Shown here: piece after piece, positions 54,160 through 64,000 of the stretch
How positions within the stretch are numbered: position 1 is the first letter of the stretch
Layout of the letters: every line of letters begins with the position of its first letter
Assembly: GCA_000320545.1 (NCBI GenBank)
Contig: ADNK01000136.1
Coordinates: 124,001-188,000 of the forward strand
Length of the DNA: 64,000 bases
Origin: Bigelowiella natans CCMP2755
Lineage: Eukaryota; Protista; Cercozoa
Direction of reading: 5' to 3'
Program-made: the position numbers and the translations under genes
The notes under the pieces: model-generated
The model's input: only the letters and a program-made list of their open reading frames with translations
Database searches by the model: none
What the model was told of the DNA's origin: nothing

Positions 54160-55040
54160 GTTTGTTGATGCACCGAAAGCAGCAGTGGGGTGAGCTAGCG
54201 TCCGCTCATCAACATCACAGCAACAGAAGAATCGACCTGTGGTGATTCTCGCGCAAGCCATCCAGCTGCATCGTGGTGCACTCGAACTGTGCTAGCGTGC
54301 ACATGCGTGTTGCAGTGTGTGTGACACGATCTAGCGATGTGTGCAATGCATGTGATCCAGTGATGGACACACCTAGACACGGATGCAAGACGAATGCAAT
54401 TGATCAACCAAGTTGACATGCACGTTGTGACGTGCCAGCGTGCAGCGTGCACCACTAGCCACCACTGACTGGGCTAGTAGGCCAGTGTGCGATGCACACT
54501 GTGTCCATTTTTCGCTGCAGAAAGAAAGCAGTTTCACCGTTGGAAGCCGGAACGGTTGTGCAGTTGAAACGAGCGAACGGACTGGACCAGTGGAGAGCTG
54601 GTGACATGCCAGCATGCCCAAACACCGCAAGGAGATGAGTGCAAGAGTCAGGGAAGAGAAAGCTAGAAAGAGCAAGGGCTCTCGCAGAGACTTGCAAGCT
54701 GTCGTCAGCAAAGAAAATGAAGGAACAATGAACAATGATGAAAAACTGCATCTCCAAAGGCTGTGACAAGACACTTGCAATGTGCGAAATGCAGTGCCTC
54801 GAACTGGCTTAGGAAGTGATTCCAATGGAGCGGTTGAAGAAGAAACATTGAAACACAAACGGACAATCACAATCAGAAGTTCAACACGACGCACAAATCC
54901 GGAACTGGTCACAACTGTAGTGCAGGATGTGCCAGTGCGTCGCAATGAACAATGAACAATGAACAATGACAAAGAACTAGCAATGAAGAACAATCCCTTT
55001 GCCTTTTCTCTTGTGGAGTGACACAAATGATTCCAATTGA
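54160..55040. repeat. TpA-depleted tract, probably decayed repeat/element
   Basis: TpA nearly only in CTAG; purine-rich stretch reads like an ORF with scattered stops. Confidence 0.55.
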
Positions 55041-55368
55041 ATGCATTATTTTCCTTTGTCGCGAGAGGCAGATCTCCATGGTTCAGCACCTACATGCAAC
55101 AACAACGACAAGCAGAAGAACAAAAACAAGAAGTGGTTACACGGTTCATCAACGTAGTACGTGCAGCAGCTGTGCAGCAAGTTGTCGTAGTACGTACTTG
55201 TACGTAGTAGTAGCACCAAGAGAAGTAGTAGAAAGAAAGGGGAAAGAAAGAAAAAGGAACGAACGGGGGGGGTAAGAACAACAACTACGTACTACTAGCA
55301 CCAGATCTACCACTCACCCACTCTTTACATCCAACCCCTTCCCAGATTGTAACAACAACAACAACAAC

Positions 55369-56315
55369 ATGGCTATTGAGAGGAATGTCGAGAACAAGAA
55401 AAAGCAGACTCATTTAGACCTCTGTATCCTTGAAGCTTGCGAGAAAGGAGATAAAGAAGCTGTCCGAAAGGTGGTGGTGTTTCACTATAAATCAAGAAAT
55501 ATTCAAAGAGCAGTAAATTATTGAGCATGTAAATCCATTCTCAGCTTTTGAATCAAGGAGCGTCCTGCAGGGCTCAAAGAAATGGTGTTGATAAAAAAAC
55601 CTTCTCTTTCCGAACAGTCTTATAATATTAATTAAACCAGGTTGTCGTGCAATTCACGTTGCTTTACGTCATGGACACCCTGGATGTGCAAAGTATCTCC
55701 CAAATCTCTTACAACGATAAATTCTCTACTAAATGGAATTTTACTATTCTTAACCAATAGAATTCTGATCTCTCATGGGGCTATCATCAACGAAGCAAAT
55801 AGAGTTGTATTCATTACATAAATTGCTCTTTTTCTGGGTGTACTAAATGAAGTTCCTCTTGCAGTATGGGGATACCGCTCTAATCATCGCTTCTGCAAGA
55901 GTATGGAGGGCAAATCCTCTAACCAACATCTCACTACTGTAGATCAATGATACCATTTGTTTTGAAATTGCTCTCTTTCAGGGAGACGTTACTGGTGTGA
56001 AAATCCTAATGGAGGCAGGCGCAGACCCATCAATCCATAACAAAGTGAAGGAAAAAATATTAAATTTGCAGCATAAAGATCTTGTCCATGAACACCAAAA
56101 ATTCCAATGGATGCAATCGACTGATACATTCCGTTTTCAATAGAAACTTATTTATTTCGTCCAATAACTTTACGATATAGACATCCAGGAGAATGCTGAG
56201 TCCTAACATCTTTATTCAGGAAGGTCGCACGGCTGCAGATTGTTCCAAAATGAACTGGAGTCGGAAGACAGCCGATATCATGTCGATTCTACAGAAGACC
56301 TTCGATGCTGCATGA
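55369..56315 (+). CDS. Small ankyrin-repeat protein, 7 exons
   Basis: EACEKGDKEAVRK|LLNQGA, AIHVALRHGH, GDTALIIASAR|GDVTGVKILMEAGAD, GRTAAD. Confidence 0.85.
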
Positions 56316-57587
56316 AACTGCAACAAATCTAGCTGTTCTACGGCAACCAATATTATGTATAGGGATAGCAAGTTCCAAGCTCGGACTCACAATAAAATCT
56401 GATTTGTTAAGAGAAGTACATCATCCTCCAGCCGATAAATTCTCGATACATAAGCTCAGACAGTCAAGGAAAAACTGCACAAGCATCGTATGTCATTAAT
56501 ATTTTTGTAAATTTACGTCTGTGATTGTGTTATGTATATGATATTTCTCCACAATTTATTCTTCCTCTAGCCTTATCATCGGAGCATAGCATTCAGCAAC
56601 CTTTCATCGCACATCTAGATGCAATACAATGCACTCTGGCTAGCTTATAAGCTGGTTTGAAGCAAATTGCCGAAGTGATGATATTAGCTACGCAGCTCTA
56701 GAGCTCTTTAGAATTTAATAACGATAGCATGGCACATAGCTCGATCTAGATGTGTGCTTCACATTGATCAGCAGACGCATACGCATGTGACATTCATCAT
56801 CATGTCAGCTCGTTGCATCAGCGAGACCTCGATCTGTGCTATGCCAGCAACGTGTGTATATGTATTTAAGCGTATTATCTGGTGCTAACATATAGCGCGT
56901 ACGTGTGGTAATTATGCTAGTATGTCCAGACATATCTGATGTCGAGAACTAGCTAGTTAGCTAGCTGCTGATGGCGCGCATGCTTGTGACTGTTAGACTG
57001 GTTATTCGCAATAGGTCTGGGGTCGTATATAGGTACGTAGGCAGCAAGCTAGCAAGTGCGATGATTGATGGCCTGTGCTAGATGCTTATAGGCGAACAAG
57101 CATGATTAGCGTAGCTCTAGCTATGTCTATTGCTGTAATCAAGATTGAGCCTACTATGTACTTGTAACATGTGACAGACTCTGTTGATGCGATGTGTGAT
57201 ATGTTTCACAGGCACGCAATTTTTGTCACTTCCTAATTATTTGTCAATGACGGGCATTTATCATTAAAAAGAATTAATCTCGATGTGCTTAAGAGGCATT
57301 CCTTTCTCTATATCTCCTGTTATGTGTCACGTAGATGTACCAGGCCATGCTCGCTATACCGTATCAGCTCTCCTTGAAAGATCTGTATTATTAGTATGTA
57401 ATGAGTATATGAACATGCTTGATATCTAGGACCATCAGTCATAAGGGATAATGACGACGACGATGACGGCAATACCCAAAGATAAGGAGGGGTAGGGTGC
57501 AAAATAACATCAGGTTGGAAAGGTTTCGAGATTGTAGTCATTTGGTGCGAAAAGGAGGCGGATGATACTACTACCACTACTACTACA

Positions 57588-57618
<31 letters not shown>

Positions 57619-57708
57619 TTTAAGAGGGAGGACCGACTACTAGTGCTGTGTCTAATGGAATACCACCCATTAGCAGCTGCAAGAAGTCCTTACGCAGTAC
57701 CACCACCA

Positions 57709-58283
57709 CTAGCACCACCATCTTGTTAGTTTACTAACCTTCATGGAAGCAGATGAGCTTTTGACTACTATATCTCCAGATTGTGTTGCTACAACCCGAC
57801 AGTGAGAGTGTTTGCATATCTCATAGTGTGAGCACCACAGCTTGTGCGTATTCTTTTGTTTATCAAGATTCTTGGAAGTGACACCGGAGAGTGGCAGACG
57901 TCCTTCGTACGCACATATTTGGCCTTCCGTTGTAAACACCACAAAATGATTCGTTCCAAAGTCTCCATTTTGCCTCGAATTTGGATAGCAATGGCGTTTT
58001 TTTACATCGTCAACATGCATCATTCCTGCGTGAGTTTGGAATGCATTTCCTCTCCCAGCATTATCGTTGTGCACTGCTTTTTTGAAGCAAAGGTTACCAA
58101 ATCCATCAACAAATAGATCATAAACAGCCTCTTCCGTCTCCATGCGAATCATTTGTTCATTCTGGAAGTACCATCCTGCTTCCCAAGCGCTTTCAATCAC
58201 GTCATATCTACGCACATAGGGCTCGACGAAAGCAGCCCCTCCTCCATGATGAGAGGAGGAATAAGCTAATTTCTCAGAAGAAG

Positions 58284-58314
<31 letters not shown>

Positions 58315-59514
58315 GTAGAAGGAATGCTCCCATAGCAGTTCATTCTCCGTCTGTACAACCAAACTACCTTGATTTGAGAGTACTAACTTGCATTTTTGGC
58401 GTTGACAACGGTCAATCTTGACCTTCCAGATTGGGTTGGTTGGATGATTCACATCTGTACTTGAATGCACAACTAAGTTGCCATCCTTTCTAAACTCCAA
58501 GAAAAATTGACTATTCTTCTTATCCGATGTTGCTTTACTATGAATGATATCCTCTGGAAACCAACACGCAGCACTAGAAGCTTTCTTCTTCTTCTTTCCT
58601 CTCAACAGTCGATTACTATTCTTTTGCATCTTCTTGCCTTTCACGAGAGAATTGAAAGATGAAAAACTGTCACTCGTCTTTTCTATGCATAATGCGCCGG
58701 CATTATTATTTTTGCTGCTGAGAAACACCTTGTAAGCGTTATTGGGAGATAGGAGAGACGACGTGTTGGTATCCATATACATTGACTGACTTAAAAATGG
58801 TGCTCTTGGTTCAAGAAGTATCATAGGGTCAGAACATACACTTGCAAACTGAGGGACACCACTTCGTACTTGAAGAAAGATCTTTTCACTTTCCTCTAAG
58901 TTGACGCTATGAAATGCCACCGGGCACTGTTGCTGTACCTTCTCTGACCACATCGTCTTGAAAATAGGAAGCAATTCCTTCGCACAACGGTCATTTGTAC
59001 GCTCTCCAAAGACATTGTCGCTTCTTAATGGAGAAACCTTATCAGCATCAGTGGCTTTAGCTTGCTGCTCCTTGCTGTGTGGTAGTTTTATCCTCGGTAT
59101 TCCCTTCATTGCAAGCTGCGCTGAGATCCAAATATCATCCGTTGTCCAGCATGTTTTCGGGATATCTTTGATCGCCTCCAAATCAAAGAAATCTCGACGA
59201 TATATTACACCGAGGAAAGCTTCTAAGATGTCCACGCTATTTATTATTTTGAACCACCGCGACAACGACGACGACGATGACAACAGCAGGAAATAATCAC
59301 AATTGATCATATATCATCAGTTTAAGCTGATCATTATGACTTAGAAGAGTAAAACAAAACAAACAACACAAACAGGGGGTGGTGTTGCTGTTGATGTTGG
59401 TGAAGTTGGTGATAGTGTTGGTGGTAGGTCTCCATCATCTGTCAATCAAGACTACTACTACCACTACTAGTAGTACTACTACTTACTGCTACTACTACAG
59501 CTACTTACTGTTAC

Positions 59515-59548
<34 letters not shown>

Positions 59549-59560
59549 ACTTACTGCTAC

Positions 59561-59594
<34 letters not shown>

Positions 59595-60176
59595 ACTTAC
59601 TGCTACGTAATAATAATAATAATAATAATAATAATACCCTGCTGCCTTCTCATGATAGACTTCCTTATCCGCCGATCGGACCCTCACAGTATTGGAATTA
59701 GGGTACTCATCGATCACCTGCCCTGCGTAATTGTACCTGTTAGGAGGGAGGGGGGAGGAAAGAAGGATCAAAAGTTAGCTTTTAGTGATCATAATCACCA
59801 TCACCATCATCATCGTCGTCATCGTCGTTGTGTGTTGTCATCACAAAATGAACAAAATCTGATAATGACTTCTTCGTGTGGTTCTTCTTCTTCTTCTTCT
59901 TGATTCTTATTATATTTGTTTCTTCTTCTTACGCTGCGTGCGGCCAAGAGCTCATTTGCCCTACTAATCGGGCAAACATGGTTTTCTCGTACACCATGTC
60001 ATCATCCACAGTTATTATCAATGTATCTGGGTCCATCTCTTTCTCTGTAGTAGTCAGTTTGCAACAAAGTCACGTAATCAGAGGAGGAGGAGGAGGAGGA
60101 GGAGGAGGAGGAGGACTACTACTATTTCAGCTACAAAATAGCATCATCGTCATCAAGATATATTGAAGGCTGCTAT

Positions 60177-60224
<48 letters not shown>

Positions 60225-60533
60225 TCCTCCCTCCTCCTTATCCTCTTCCTCTTATCTCCTCTTACCTACCTAGAGTTGGTATTAGTTTGGTAATAGGTCC
60301 ATAATCCTTGCACCAATTCACAGTGATTGCAGGGTCATTCTTTATAAATCCAGGAAGTTTATACCTGAGGAGGTGGTGGATGAGTGAGGAATTATTACTA
60401 ATGACGATGATAGATAATAACAATACGAAATGTTGAGAAGAACAAGTTTACCATTGACGATGATAGATAATAACAATACGAAATGTTGAGAAGAACAAGT
60501 TTACCATAACATCGTACTAGACGTCACTCGTTA

Positions 60534-60575
<42 letters not shown>

Positions 60576-60713
60576 CAAGGAGGACTAACATGCTTCGTCC
60601 TCATCATCATCATCGTCGTCGTCATCATCATCATCATTATCATTATTCTTGTCATGCAAAATCGTTCCGAGAGATTATTATTATTGTGATTGCATCTTCC
60701 TCTTTGCAGCTGT

Positions 60714-60758
<45 letters not shown>

Positions 60759-61353
60759 ATATATTTCTACTACTACTAACTCACTCCTTGTGGAATCTCT
60801 CCGAAAAGTGAGGAATATTAAGGTATATCTTATTGGCCCCGAGGGTTTGTTCTTTGAGTGAATCTAAGGTGTCCTGCAACCATTGAGTATTGAGTATTAG
60901 TACTAGTAGTAGTAGTAGTAGTTGGTGATTGTGGTGTTGATGATGATATATGATGATAGTAACGATGGTCTTTACAACCCTAGCAGTTATGTTACGTTAG
61001 GTTATTAGTAGTAGTAGGAGGAGGAGGAGGAGGAGTTGTAGTAGTACCTCTAAATGGACAAGTCTATCTGGTGTAGTTGTTAAAGAAACGACCAGCCTAT
61101 GATGAATGAAGGAGATGATGATCATCATAACAAGAGGAGGAGGAGGAGTACAACCACCAACCATGATTGCTGTAGCTCGAACATTGTATAAGTTTTGGTC
61201 CCAAGTTGTGTGTAGACAGAGGAGAGGAACATTTGACACGGATTATTCATTCCATACCTTAGTAGTAGTAGTAGTCAGGGAGAGTATTAATACTATTACT
61301 ACTATTACTACTACTATCTCAGAAGAAAGAAAGAACAAGGAAACCCACATCAT

Positions 61354-61431
<78 letters not shown>

Positions 61432-61600
61432 ATTATATTTGCTATGAATCATCATCGTTCTTGTTCCTCTTCTTCCTCCTCCTCCTCCTCCTCCTCCTCC
61501 TATTGTTAAAAATACTACATGTTCTTCTCTGTTGCTTGCAGCCTCATCCCAGCGAAATGAACTATCTGTGATGATGATAATGATGATGATGATGATGATA

Positions 61601-61633
<33 letters not shown>

Positions 61634-61887
61634 GATTATTGATACACGAGTGTCATTAACATGATCTTCCTGATAGTGATAGTGTGTATACTGATAGACT
61701 TATGCTTTTACTGTTCTACTACCGCAGGTTCTTCTCCAGTCTCCCTATTGATAAGGCGTCTCCCTCTCAAATTCCAAATGGAATTGAATAGGTCAAACCA
61801 TGGCGGAAGAACAGCAAATATTGCCATTTCGTAGTCGAGTGACAGGAGGTCCGGTTCCTCATACCAGGTGTGTACTGTAATAAATAT

Positions 61888-61929
<42 letters not shown>

Positions 61930-63251
61930 CTAATCAATGTTGTTGTTGTTGTTGTTGTTGTTCTCAGAGATCATAAATCTCTTCTCCCTTGTGATGATGT
62001 AAGTCTCCAATAGTAGTACTTTAATGCTACTACTACTACTACTACCAAGGGCTGTTTGATCGTCTACATCCATTATCCGCATCATACTCGTGACTTTTTG
62101 GTATATCGTCGCCAAATCTCCTGCTTTTCCGATAACATTCCCTGCGTTTAAAAACTTCGCTGCGTTTGAGGGCTTCGGAGCACGTGAAAGCAGGAAATTC
62201 TTGAGTGAGCTGTTTGTACGGCAAGAAGCAGTGTCACATAGCATCTCAGCCCCATATACCACTTTCTTGTTCATCTTCTTGTATTCACCCAACAAGGTTT
62301 CTGGGCCTTTGAGAAATAGCACATCTAGAGAGTCAAGAACCAAAACTAATGTGTCGGGTGGAAGGGACAGCATGGCTTTTCTCATTGCATCTATCCTCCT
62401 TCTCCAAAAAGAATTCTCATCCTCGTCTCGAAATGGGCCGTCAACATCCACCATTAAGAAATTCCGATAGCTGTAGTAGTAGTAGTAGCAGTAGTAGTAG
62501 TAGTAGTATACAATGATGACGATGATGATGATGATGAAGAAGAAGAAGAGAAGGAGGAGGAAGGAGGGAGGTAAAAGTAGGAAGAGTTGGAAGGGGGGGA
62601 GGGGTTAGCACCCTTGCTCGCGCATTGTATATTGGAAGTTGTTCAACAGTTTGCCTGATCGAGCAGCCAGCAGAAAGAAGGTTTTTTGAGACTTTAAGAA
62701 TAAGAATGAATGACCACACAAGGCAGTAACACTAACAATGCACGCGACAACAACGGACTGATTGATGATTAGTTTGCACAAGAAAGCTTTTTATTGCGTT
62801 GTTACACACTGATACTAGTCCTATTGTTTCATTGCAGTATCTTCTTATGTTTCATTAGGGTTAAGATTGTTTGGTATTACTTTGCGCGAGATTCGATGTG
62901 GCAGACGTAACCACGTAGCTAAGGGGGTGATGATGATGATGATGATGATGATGATAACAGGGGGGTAGTGGGTAAGAAAAGGAGGAGGAGAGGAGGATGA
63001 AGGGAGGAGGAGGAGGGTCTATGTTTATGTTTGTGGTTATATCTGTGTGTGTGTGTGTGTGTATGTGTGTGTGTGTGTGTGTGTGTATGCGCGTAATGCG
63101 GTATAAATATTGATTGATTATATCTGTTATTAGATGGTATTTGTTCTTTACAGTTCTTCGTCAACTTGCATCATGCCCCTCCACCCTAACATTCCTTGTT
63201 GAGGATCCCAGCATAGACGGTGTCCGGGGGGTGTAACCTAATAATATATTG

Positions 63252-63286
<35 letters not shown>

Positions 63287-63855
63287 CGTAAACCATCATC
63301 CATCCATCCATCCATCCATCCATCCATACTAATGCAGCATTCAATAGCAGTTGTAGCAGTAGTAGTAGCAGCAGCAGAGCAACCAATAACTACAGACTAC
63401 TCTTACACATCATACACATCGTTTTCAAGTGTGGCATCTCCTCCTTCTACTTTTTCTTGCTGTTCTCTTACTAACCAACCGACCGTGTAGAACTCCTCCG
63501 GGATACCAGAAGACAATAAACTTTTAAATGAGCCACCACCACCATATGTAATCATACAGAGGCAGCAGAGGGCAAAGAGCAGTGACAACAGTCCCACCAA
63601 ATTGCCTCCTTGTCTTCGTCGTTTTCCTCCTACTATCATTGATATTCCCTACAAACAAACAAACAAACAGGCAAAGAAACAAGCCAAGAAAGAAAGAAAC
63701 AACACCTAAGATAGGATATGAAATTATCTAATACTTGAACCAATCACGCCATTCAATCGCCGCCACCACCACCACCACCATTACCTTGGAATAGGCACTA
63801 TTTATCAATTCGAGGGGTTTCTGGCAAATGGACGTCCTCGTTGGTCGTCCACCAT
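57709..63855 (-). CDS. Type II membrane protein: PLOD-like GT domain, second GT-A domain and two bulb-type lectin-like domains
   Basis: TM LVGLLSLLFALCCLCMI; LDSLDVLF...YGAEMLC...FLNAG...DDQ; SLTTTPDRL...DYGPITKLIP...ITVDDD...TDDIWIS; LLSPNNAY...LEFRKDGNLVV...IW...LVLSNQGSLVV; start may lie further upstream. Confidence 0.7.
60402..60507. repeat. 53-bp intronic tandem duplication
   Basis: tgacgatgatagataataacaatacgaaatgttgagaagaacaagtttaccat x2. Confidence 0.85.
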
Positions 63856-64000
63856 CTTTGACCTGAAGGCAAGGTCAATAATGGATAAAAAAAAGAAATA
63901 TATAATCAAAGTAAATAATGAAATGACGACAGTTCTACCACTATCTGTCCATATTCTTTCTCTGAAACAGCAAGAAATAAAAAGTAAATCGTTTCTGTTG

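Noticed and set aside
54373-55089. 238-aa minus-strand ORF
   Set aside because: Lies in a TpA-depleted tract; no domain recognised

Overview
Intron-rich eukaryotic nuclear DNA. The gene set (plant-type plastid SppA, G-alpha, ciliary MNS1, MMAA) with short GT-AG introns suggests a flagellated secondary-plastid protist, possibly a chlorarachniophyte (inference). About 14 protein genes can be read by manual splicing: XMAP215/TOG (partial), CudA/p53-fold-like factor, AIG1/GIMAP-like GTPase, MMAA, NBD-only Hsp70, PI-PLC-X/SH3 protein, MNS1, atypical G-alpha, SppA, a hypothetical protein, a SAM-methyltransferase-like protein, glutathionyl-hydroquinone reductase, an ankyrin protein and a dual glycosyltransferase/B-lectin fusion. 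Main non-genic signals: (1) repeat tracts almost devoid of TpA except in CTAG, with paralogous copies showing reciprocal TG/CA at the same sites, consistent with a 'reverse-RIP'-like TpA->TpG/CpA hypermutation; (2) a perfect ~1.26-kb inverted repeat around the GTPase gene that keeps the gene intact in either orientation, inside older diverged arms with nested TIR elements; (3) CTAG/CATG/TGCA-rich islands downstream of gene 3' ends. No rRNA, tRNA or CRISPR recognised. Exon boundaries are manual and approximate.
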